A stretch of DNA of 64,000 bases from Vulcanimicrobiaceae bacterium (lineage in GTDB: Bacteria; Vulcanimicrobiota; Vulcanimicrobiia; Vulcanimicrobiales; Vulcanimicrobiaceae): assembly GCA_049520515.1 (NCBI GenBank), contig JBEKPS010000004.1, positions 57,395 to 121,394 on the forward strand, read 5' to 3'. How positions within the stretch are numbered: position 1 is the stretch's first letter; each line of letters starts with the position of its first letter. This document shows positions 38,553 through 46,496 of this stretch, piece after piece. Below the pieces are notes generated by a model that saw only the letters and a list, made by a program, of their open reading frames with translations, had not been told where the DNA came from and did no database searches. A program made the position numbers and the translations under genes.

Positions 38553-41500
38553 TGCTTTCGCTAAGCTCAAGCTTTGGTCGATTGCAACTATCGGTTTCCT
38601 TGCCGCCGGACTGGTCTCGACGTTTCAACTCTGGCAACAAGGCGGAGTAGTCGGCCACAACTGGGATTGGCCCGTAAATTTCGATCCGGGTGGAGCGCGC
38701 GTGCTCGCGCACGCCGCACTGAGTACGTGGTGGTCCCTGGAGTTGGGGTTGACGAGCTTGGGTGCCTCAATTGCGCCCTTCGCTTACCTCTCGGCACTTT
38801 TTGCAGATCACGCCGGCTTCTACTCGCACCTGCTCTTGATCGTTCTACCGACGCTCGGTGCGCTCGCGGCGATGGCGCTCTGCGGCGAAGTTCTCGCCGC
38901 GATGGAGCTGCAGGCTCCGCTGGCCGCGTGGATAGGCGGGCTCGCATTCGGTTACTCGCCGTTGTTTTTCAACGAAATGCACGGGGGAGCGCTGACACAA
39001 GTTCTCGCCCACGCGTCGTTGGCATTGGTCATTGCCTTAGTAGTAAGATTCCGAACGCGCGGTGATTGGCCGGCGCTGCTCATCGCCGCCATTTGTTCGC
39101 CGCTCGTCGCGTTATCAGTGACTGATTTTGCGCTGATGTACGGTATTGCGGCAATCCTCTTGTTTGGGAATATTCGAGCGTTCGGGGTGTTCGCCGCGGC
39201 GGTCTTAGGACTCAATCTCTATTGGTTGCTTCCGTTCATCTATAACATCCCGATGGTTTTGCGCGCACCAAGCTATGCCGCTACCGTTGGAAATCTGAGC
39301 ACTGGAGTACCACAACCCTGGCAGCTCTTCACGCTCAGCGGATACTTCTTTTCATTCTTTGATAACGCTCAGCCGAATCTGGTAGCGATATCCGGAATCG
39401 CAGCACTTGTGCTCGTATTCGGCTCAATCTGGCTTACGATTCAGTCGGGGGTCGCCCGCAGACTGGCCCCGTTTTGGGTTATGTTTTTCCTCGGAATCGG
39501 CAGTGCGAGTGTCGCCGCGGGTCCTCTCGCCCAGTTAATGCTCTGGATATATGGTCATGTGCCTGGCGTCAACGCTCTGTTCCGCTCACCGCAGCATTTG
39601 TTGATCGTTCCGGCGATAAGCGGTGCGGTCATTATCGGGTGTGGTTCAGCCTGCGCGCTGCGGCGATGGGGAGAGCGAGTCGTCATCGTCATTCCTCTCC
39701 TGGGCATCGCCCTCGCGGCGCGGCTTCCATATTTTACGGGAGACATGTCCTCAAAGTATTTGACTGCGCTTTACCCGGGGCACGGGTTTAGCACGTTTAC
39801 TCCATCTCCCGGCTATCTGCAGGCCTTGCAACAGCTCGAGAATCTTCCGCCTTCCGAACGTTACAAGAGACCGCTATTCGTGCCGCCGACCCTTTCGCCG
39901 CTGTATAAGCGAACGAGGCTGCAATCAGCCGCCCAAGGCGGGGATCCATCAATGCCGTTCCTGCGCGACGAGAGCGGTTCCATCGCCGGGCTTTCACAAG
40001 CGCTCACGCCGGATGGGGCGATTATCGAGGACGGTTTCTTTAGCCGTTTCCCCGAATCGTTAGAGACGGGCTTGTCTGGGGTTCTCGACATCTCCCACGT
40101 CGTGCTTCGCTACGATATTCTCGCGAATTGGGAGCCTTTTGCGCAGGACCCACTCATTACATTAAAGACCCAAGATGTTCTCGATAGAGACCCGCGCCGC
40201 TGGAAGCGCGTTCTCGATGAGGATTTCGTCCGTCTTTACAAGGGCAACGCACCGCCGCACGTGTTTCTCTCCGGCAGACTTCTGCAAGCAACAGCGGACC
40301 CATCCGACTTTGCAGATGTCGAGCTTGCCAACTCTACATCCGCAATTGCGCTCAGCGGCGCGTCACCGTCTCTACGTTTCAGCCGGAGCGACTATTCGTT
40401 CGAGCCGCTTTGCGATTGGCAAATAGAGCGAAGCGCAGCAGATCAGCCCTTTGACATCGTAACGCGACGCCGAACAGTTGTGATTGATACTCCAGGCGAC
40501 TATATCGTCGCGGTCAAGTGGAATGGGATCGGACAGATTGCCGTGCCTCAACTGCAAATTGACGGTCGCATCGCATCAAGCTCGGGTGCGGTTACGCTGC
40601 CCCGCCGCGATATGCGGAATGCGGATTTGGCGCGCTTGTCGAGAGACTGGGCCAAGGGTCCTAGATTGAACTACCACACGATCGCAGACGGTGTGAACAC
40701 CGGCGGTCTTTTATGGGAACCGCAAATCGCGCCCGCGACCGGTGCCGTAGTGTTCACGTCACAGCTGCCCGATGGCAGGCTCATCTACGTTGGGCCCGAC
40801 GACCGAGCCTATGTTGGAACTGCAAAGGACTTTTATGGAAATTTCGGATCAGAAGGCGCGCGTATAAATCCGCTGAGCACAGCCATCCCGGTTACATGGA
40901 GCTCACTGTTCTTCCGTACGCGGACCGATTCGATCGATGTCGCGCGACGCGCGGGCGCACGCTGGGCGAGGTATGCCATCGTTCCCCTCTCAAGAGGGAA
41001 ACACGTCCTCGAATGGTCATCGACCGATGGCGTTCGAGCCTTTGCGGTCATTCCGCACGATTCGATCCCGGAAATCGCCGACTACGATTATCCCGACGCA
41101 TCCGTGATCGGTATTCGTGGTCCGGAACAGGACGAGAGCGTTTTGCGAACGTTCAATCTCGCAGCACCCAGGCGTCTCAACGTTTCCGCGGTCGTATTCA
41201 AGCCGGCTGGGACTGTGGCTCAAATTCTCATTGATGGAAAGACCTACGCGCTAGGCCTGAAAGACCGGACGTATAGCAAATACGCCCGAACGGTCTCGGT
41301 GAGCATCGACCTGCGCGCCGGCGACCACACATTGAGATTTCCAACCGACGGATCCGTCGAGCGCGTTTTCCTCATTCGGGATCGCTTGCCGGCGGATAAC
41401 ATCGAGGCGCTATCCTTAAAGAAGTGGAAGATGTTTTTGTGGGTCGTAGACGTCCCGGCTCGCACTAAGCCGGTCGTACTGGGATTCCTCGAGTCTTACA

Positions 41501-41712
41501 ACAACGGATGGATACTGCGCGAGATTCCCAATGCTCGGCACATCGTGCTCGACGGCTACGCCAACGGCTGGATCTTGCCCGCAGGGCCCGAGCAGCAGAT
41601 TACGATCTTCTATAAGGGACAAGTCTGGGTGTGGATCGGTGAAGTCGCCAGCACAATCGCTCTTCTAATCGTCTTGGCCGGAATTCTTTTGAAACGCCGA
41701 GCTCGCACATGA
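38545..41712 (+). CDS. Giant GT-C-like membrane glycosyltransferase, AftD/YfhO-like (paralogue 2)
   Basis: About 1055 aa from ATG38545 (track start GTG38533). The start overlaps the preceding methyltransferase stop. First loop GHNWDWPV; further motifs SPLFFNEMHGGAL, PGVNALFRSPQHL, LDISHVVLRYD. C-terminal LDGYANGWIL..ITIFY is followed by a single TM anchor. Confidence 0.75.
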   Translation: MDDAFAKLKLWSIATIGFLAAGLVSTFQLWQQGGVVGHNWDWPVNFDPGGARVLAHAALSTWWSLELGLTSLGASIAPFAYLSALFADHAGFYSHLLLIVLPTLGALAAMALCGEVLAAMELQAPLAAWIGGLAFGYSPLFFNEMHGGALTQVLAHASLALVIALVVRFRTRGDWPALLIAAICSPLVALSVTDFALMYGIAAILLFGNIRAFGVFAAAVLGLNLYWLLPFIYNIPMVLRAPSYAATVGNLSTGVPQPWQLFTLSGYFFSFFDNAQPNLVAISGIAALVLVFGSIWLTIQSGVARRLAPFWVMFFLGIGSASVAAGPLAQLMLWIYGHVPGVNALFRSPQHLLIVPAISGAVIIGCGSACALRRWGERVVIVIPLLGIALAARLPYFTGDMSSKYLTALYPGHGFSTFTPSPGYLQALQQLENLPPSERYKRPLFVPPTLSPLYKRTRLQSAAQGGDPSMPFLRDESGSIAGLSQALTPDGAIIEDGFFSRFPESLETGLSGVLDISHVVLRYDILANWEPFAQDPLITLKTQDVLDRDPRRWKRVLDEDFVRLYKGNAPPHVFLSGRLLQATADPSDFADVELANSTSAIALSGASPSLRFSRSDYSFEPLCDWQIERSAADQPFDIVTRRRTVVIDTPGDYIVAVKWNGIGQIAVPQLQIDGRIASSSGAVTLPRRDMRNADLARLSRDWAKGPRLNYHTIADGVNTGGLLWEPQIAPATGAVVFTSQLPDGRLIYVGPDDRAYVGTAKDFYGNFGSEGARINPLSTAIPVTWSSLFFRTRTDSIDVARRAGARWARYAIVPLSRGKHVLEWSSTDGVRAFAVIPHDSIPEIADYDYPDASVIGIRGPEQDESVLRTFNLAAPRRLNVSAVVFKPAGTVAQILIDGKTYALGLKDRTYSKYARTVSVSIDLRAGDHTLRFPTDGSVERVFLIRDRLPADNIEALSLKKWKMFLWVVDVPARTKPVVLGFLESYNNGWILREIPNARHIVLDGYANGWILPAGPEQQITIFYKGQVWVWIGEVASTIALLIVLAGILLKRRART

Positions 41713-42047
41713 GATCATTTCTATTGGCGATCGTTCTTGCCGTGGGCGCGTTCGAAGTTGGGCACATCCCTGATCTCCATTGGCTCGCGATTGTGCTTTA
41801 TTGTTGCTGCATCGTCGTTGTTCTCGGCACCGCCATTTCACCTGGAGGCTTAAGGGCGACGCTCAGGATCGATATCGATCGCAAAATTGAAGTTCTCATC
41901 GTTGGGTTTCTTCTTGCGGTGACGTCGTTTGAGCTCCGTCCCGCACCTGACGCGCGTTGGATCGGCAACATTGCGTTTTGGGTGACCGTCTGTGCCGTCG
42001 TCGCCGGCATCTTTACCAATCGTGACGAACCGAGCGACGTCCGTTGA
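41709..42047 (+). CDS. Small 4-TM membrane protein with internal two-hairpin duplication
   Basis: 112 aa. The ATG overlaps the upstream stop (ATGA), and its own stop overlaps the next start (TTGA). The halves LLAIVLAVGAFEVGHIPDLHWLAIVLY.. and IVGFLLAVTSFELRPAPDARWIGNIAFW.. align (LAV, FE, PD, W conserved). Confidence 0.6.
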   Translation: MRSFLLAIVLAVGAFEVGHIPDLHWLAIVLYCCCIVVVLGTAISPGGLRATLRIDIDRKIEVLIVGFLLAVTSFELRPAPDARWIGNIAFWVTVCAVVAGIFTNRDEPSDVR

Positions 42048-42784
42048 AGAAGCAGCTCAACGAGATTTGGCGGGATGTCTGGCAAGCAGTCGCGATCGAC
42101 GATCTCGAGGTTGGTGAAGGTTGCAGCGATCCTTGGACTCAGATCCATACGCCGATCGTAAACCGATGGCTCGCTACACTGCCGCCCGGCCCTATCTGCG
42201 AAATGGGTTGCGGCCTTGGGCAATGGACGCGCTATTATGCTCGAGTCGGCCGCGAAGCCGTCGGGATCGATCTCGTGAGCGATGCCGTTGAAAAAGCGAG
42301 CAAAAAAGCCTCGGATTTAGGGCTTTCAAAGGCGCGATACGTCGTCGCAGATGCTCGCAAGATGCCCTTCGAGGACCGCACATTTGCCGGCGTGAGCAGC
42401 TTCGGTGTGGTCGAACATTTTTGGGATGCGGACACGCAAAGCTTGATCGACGAAACATTTCGCATTCTTTTGCCGGGAGGACGACTTCTGCTCACAACGC
42501 CCAACGTGTGGAGCATGCATAGCTTGACGCGTCCGATTCTTCAAGCACTCGGAAAATGGAATCTGGGTCTCGAGCGTTCGTTCAGCCCGAGCCGGCTTGC
42601 GTCATATTGTTCACGCGCCGGGTTCGCGATCGTTGAAAAAGGCGTGCTCGTTTCAGGGACGCTCTTCGGCGCAGTCTTGACCGAGCGAATTCCCGGGCTC
42701 GACGCGCTAAGCCGATGGATCGAACGGCGACAATCGCTGCTCGGTTTCGTCAGCTACGTAATTGCCGAGCGCCCACGAGTTTGA
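42044..42784 (+). CDS. Class I SAM-dependent methyltransferase
   Basis: 246 aa. ICEMGCGLGQW, VSSFGVVEHFWD, LLPGGRLLLTTPN. TTG start. Confidence 0.85.
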   Translation: MKKQLNEIWRDVWQAVAIDDLEVGEGCSDPWTQIHTPIVNRWLATLPPGPICEMGCGLGQWTRYYARVGREAVGIDLVSDAVEKASKKASDLGLSKARYVVADARKMPFEDRTFAGVSSFGVVEHFWDADTQSLIDETFRILLPGGRLLLTTPNVWSMHSLTRPILQALGKWNLGLERSFSPSRLASYCSRAGFAIVEKGVLVSGTLFGAVLTERIPGLDALSRWIERRQSLLGFVSYVIAERPRV

Positions 42785-44996
42785 CGACGACGACTACGAG
42801 CCAAAGCCAGCCTAAGATTTCAGCACAAAACTGCAGCAGCGCAGGTAAGTAGAGAATCGTTATCCGGCGTTCTTTTTGAGCGGCCGAGACCAACCATCCG
42901 TTTGCGACACCGTCAATGCGGACGTGTGGAAGAGAGTTGAGCCCGTCAAGAGCAAGCCATCTCGGTGCGAACGCGACATTCAATCGAAGCGCGCCGGTGG
43001 CATTTGCGGGCAACGTTGCCGTCATCAACCACGAAAGGACCGTGTGTCCGACAGCCCGAGGTGGACTGAGGTCGTTTTCCGTCCTTACCTTTATATCGGG
43101 GGGCTCGCCTTGGGCGATCAGTAGGCAGGTTCCATGGCAGCGTACTCCTGTCGTCGACCGCGGCAACGTAATCCATCGAAGCGAGGGAGTGTCGTGCGCC
43201 AAGACCGTCCCGTTCTCGTCCGTCAAGCTACCGCGCACGTTAGCCAAGAGCTGCTCGCGAGCATCAACGGGGAAAAGCTGCTGCGACGCCGTCGCGACCC
43301 CTCCAAAGCCTTGCGATAGCTCTGGATGGCTCGCGAAGAGAAGCCGAGCGTCGACCCAGCCGAGCGAAAAGTCTGCGTTGTCGATCGACGAATGTAAGAC
43401 ATGAAAGTCGACTGACGTTGATGAGGGCAAGTCGGCGAAAAAGATCGCGTTGTCCCATGGCTGGGGTGGAATGTCGACCGTCTGCGGCGCACCCCAAAAC
43501 GTAATCTCCGGTAGCGCGGAAAGTGCTGTTATCGTCGCCTGCTGCGTGGCGTTCGCGCTCGTGCTCATTCGTGCGACCGGAAACGTATGCGCAAGCGTCG
43601 CGTCGTCGGTTGAGAGCCAGGGCCGTGAAACGACGGTCGAGACGCTGAGGCTTTGAAGTGGGCGTGCGTCGCCATTTGCGAGCCAATCGCCGAACGCAAA
43701 CGTGGAAGGATAGTCCGGAAGATAAGCATTCAACGGCGTAACGTTATCCGAGCGGATGAAAAGGTCGGGATCGGAGCCCGAACCCTTCCCACGCGCGCTG
43801 AATGGCTGAAATGGCGGCAGAAGAGCAAATCGCGTGTCGGGCGGCGCGTTGAACTCAACCTTTGGCAGCGACGCGACATCGAACCAATAACGCGAGGGTG
43901 CCCCGGCTATCCACGCGATCGCGAAGAGCGGTGCCAGCACAACGACAATGGTACTGGAAATCGGCACGTTCTTCACTGCTCTTGCAGCGAGAACGAGATA
44001 CGCGACGAGAACAAAGGCAACGAGGTCATAAAGCTCGCGAAAAAGTGCGACTCCTCTAACGTGATCGAGCAGAAAACTGTACAGCGGCGCGGTTGGCCCA
44101 CTCAGTCCGCTGATAAACAGAAGTAGGATCGCCGTGATAATCGGAATTCCGAGGTAGATTTTTCGTCCGTAAATACCGGCGAGGGCTACCAGGACGAAGA
44201 GGCCGACGAGGTATGACGCAAATGCCGGCATGCTGTCTGCATATCCGAAGGCATAACCGCCCAACAGCACGGCCTTCCAAAATGGAACCGACTGCGAAAT
44301 CTGCCACACCCGCAGTAACGGAATTTGGCTGAGCGCGAACTGCGAAAACAGGATGCCGATGATCGTAGGCAGCGCAACAATGAGCGTCGATGCATAGGGG
44401 GCGATGCTGCGGACTCGGCGAGCATAGAACGCGAGCAGTACGGTATCCAAGACGAAGAACTGCGTCTGTACGTAGGCGGCGATCATCGCGAGCGAAAGCG
44501 CAAAAGGCCTAGGCGTTTCTCTTCGCAGCTCTGCAGTTAGGTGAAGCGTTGCACCCAAAGATAAGAGCATCGGAAGATGACCGGCCACGAGCTCGTTAAA
44601 AGTCCATGGATTGAAGATCGCAATCAAGGCGAACGCCGTTTGAACGACGGGAGAGGCCGCGTCGGCGATTCGTGCTGCTCCCGTTCCGATGACGACAGCG
44701 ATGCAAAAGAGGAACAGCATAAGCGACCAGTGTGCGCCAAAAATGTAATTCAAGACGCCCGTCAGGGGATCGAGGTCGCAGCCGGTGAGAAACGCATAAG
44801 GTCGGCCGAAGCCGAGCGGTGACCAGCCGGAAATGCTCTCGGCAATGTGCGACGTGATGTCTTCGTTTCCGATTGGCCACGACCAGTCGTGACGCAGACC
44901 CGGTACCGATGTCTGCCATAGGGCTGCGACCGCGAACGCGGCACACGCCAACAGCAGAATGATGAATGCTCCGCGCCTAGCGGCTAACGTTTGCAA
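42750..44996 (-). CDS. GT-C-like membrane glycosyltransferase (paralogue 3)
   Basis: 748 aa. First loop RHDWSWPI; further motifs NPWTFNELVAGHL and RGVALFRELYDL. C-terminal IDGVANGWLV..ITILY is followed by a TM anchor. TTG start. Confidence 0.75.
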   Translation of the reverse strand: MQTLAARRGAFIILLLACAAFAVAALWQTSVPGLRHDWSWPIGNEDITSHIAESISGWSPLGFGRPYAFLTGCDLDPLTGVLNYIFGAHWSLMLFLFCIAVVIGTGAARIADAASPVVQTAFALIAIFNPWTFNELVAGHLPMLLSLGATLHLTAELRRETPRPFALSLAMIAAYVQTQFFVLDTVLLAFYARRVRSIAPYASTLIVALPTIIGILFSQFALSQIPLLRVWQISQSVPFWKAVLLGGYAFGYADSMPAFASYLVGLFVLVALAGIYGRKIYLGIPIITAILLLFISGLSGPTAPLYSFLLDHVRGVALFRELYDLVAFVLVAYLVLAARAVKNVPISSTIVVVLAPLFAIAWIAGAPSRYWFDVASLPKVEFNAPPDTRFALLPPFQPFSARGKGSGSDPDLFIRSDNVTPLNAYLPDYPSTFAFGDWLANGDARPLQSLSVSTVVSRPWLSTDDATLAHTFPVARMSTSANATQQATITALSALPEITFWGAPQTVDIPPQPWDNAIFFADLPSSTSVDFHVLHSSIDNADFSLGWVDARLLFASHPELSQGFGGVATASQQLFPVDAREQLLANVRGSLTDENGTVLAHDTPSLRWITLPRSTTGVRCHGTCLLIAQGEPPDIKVRTENDLSPPRAVGHTVLSWLMTATLPANATGALRLNVAFAPRWLALDGLNSLPHVRIDGVANGWLVSAAQKERRITILYLPALLQFCAEILGWLWLVVVVVKLVGARQLRS

Positions 44997-45036
44997 TATC
45001 GCGTATAGTCTTTCATGAGGAGTCGAGGCGTACTTC

Positions 45037-45912
45037 GTGGTAGCGCACGATTATGCGCCATACTGCCGTGTTTTTCCGCTGACACTCCTCGTCGCTGTCG
45101 CAGTCGGCTTACTGCTGGGCGCAGCTTTCGTGGTGCAGTTTGCTTCGGACGGATTGTTCCAAACCGGATCGGTGGCTCATTCCGTTCCGAGAACTGTCTC
45201 ACAGCGAACGGCGCTGAGCATGTATCAATGGGTTAGCGAGTCGCCGGTTGCGCCCGCATTCGTTCGGGCGATCGTTGCACGAGCCGACATCGACGAGGGT
45301 AGTTTGAATACGGCGGAACGTTTGACCGCCTCGCTTCCGCCTGGTCCACAGCGCGCCGACCTCGAGGGAGATTTGCTGGCCCGAGATGGAAATCTGCGGC
45401 TCGCAGTGTCGCGCTTTATGGACGCCGGAGACACGGCGCGCGTTGACGCATATGTCGACAATCTCGTCGCTGCGGGAAGTTTTGAAGCAGCAGTGACGAT
45501 GCAGCGACTCTTGGTCGATCGGCTGCGGCAATTGCGCGACCAAGGACGTCTCGCGCAGGCAGAATGGCGTTTGGCGCAGATCGAGTCCGCGACGGGCGAC
45601 CACATTGCCGCGGGCCGTGACTACGACGCAGCGCTTAGGCTTATTCCGCTTTCCGAAACGTATCTTCTCGGAGCAGCAAACGAAGCGCTTCAATTCGGTA
45701 GCCTGCATGAGGCCGGTGAATATTTCGATTCGGTCGTTCGGCTCGATCCCGCGAGCCTTGACGGCCACATCGGAGTCGGTCGCGTCGCTGCGCGACAGGG
45801 CGACCTGGTGCGTGCGCGAGGGGAGGCCGAATTTGTACGCGCGCACGTTCCCACTTACCCCGATCTTCAGACGCTCGAGGATGAGATTGCGCGTGCGAAG
45901 ACTACGCGCTGA
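45037..45912 (+). CDS. Membrane-anchored TPR-like repeat protein
   Basis: 291 aa. N-terminal TM (FPLTLLVAVAVGLLLGAAFVV), then helical repeats with TPR-like A/L/Y/G spacing (e.g. AGRDYDAALRLIP, EAGEYFDSVVRLDP). GTG start. Confidence 0.6.
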   Translation: MVAHDYAPYCRVFPLTLLVAVAVGLLLGAAFVVQFASDGLFQTGSVAHSVPRTVSQRTALSMYQWVSESPVAPAFVRAIVARADIDEGSLNTAERLTASLPPGPQRADLEGDLLARDGNLRLAVSRFMDAGDTARVDAYVDNLVAAGSFEAAVTMQRLLVDRLRQLRDQGRLAQAEWRLAQIESATGDHIAAGRDYDAALRLIPLSETYLLGAANEALQFGSLHEAGEYFDSVVRLDPASLDGHIGVGRVAARQGDLVRARGEAEFVRAHVPTYPDLQTLEDEIARAKTTR

Positions 45913-46444
45913 AAATCCTGTCGAACGTTAGCGTGAGATTAGGTAGCGTCGCCGCGGGCATGTCGGATTCGAAGGTGGCAATCTCTTCATAGCAGTCACC
46001 TGCTGGATGACTGCAGCGCTCGATCGTGTTTTCGTCTGGATCGACGATCCAATATTCGGGTACGCCGAATCGCGCGTAGATGTCGCGTTTACGTCCGCGA
46101 TCGACGCCCTTCGTGCCGGGTGAGAGAACCTCCACAATCAAACTCGGGATGCCGATCACAGCTTTGTCACCCAGCGTGTCCTGTCGATCAGGAGCGATGA
46201 AGATGACATCCGGCTCGACGACGTTCTGTGCACTCAAGACAGTGTCGAGCGGAGCGACATATACGTGGCCGCCCTTTCGTCGTGCATGGGTGCTGAGAGC
46301 GATTGCAATGGCGAGCACGAGGCCCTGATGGCGCCGCGTCGGCGAGGGAGTCATGTAGAGCTCGCCGCCGAGAATCTCGCGGCGGAGGTTGTCGTCGGGG
46401 AAGGACTCGAGGTCCTCGTAGACCAGCGGTGCTTGAGTTGCCAT
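45902..46444 (-). CDS. Uma2-family (DUF820) putative restriction-endonuclease-like protein
   Basis: I set the start at ATG46444 (MATQAPLVYEDLESFPDD). ELYMTPSPTRRHQ, PDVIFI, LIVEVLSP, KRDIYARFGVPEYWIVDP match the Uma2 pattern. The track's longer ORF overlaps the neighbouring gene. Confidence 0.85.
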   Translation of the reverse strand: MATQAPLVYEDLESFPDDNLRREILGGELYMTPSPTRRHQGLVLAIAIALSTHARRKGGHVYVAPLDTVLSAQNVVEPDVIFIAPDRQDTLGDKAVIGIPSLIVEVLSPGTKGVDRGRKRDIYARFGVPEYWIVDPDENTIERCSHPAGDCYEEIATFESDMPAATLPNLTLTFDRIFSA

Positions 46445-46496
46445 TGCGTGCTCCACACACAACCCTATCACGACGCCTGCTCCGGCGGAAAGGCCC

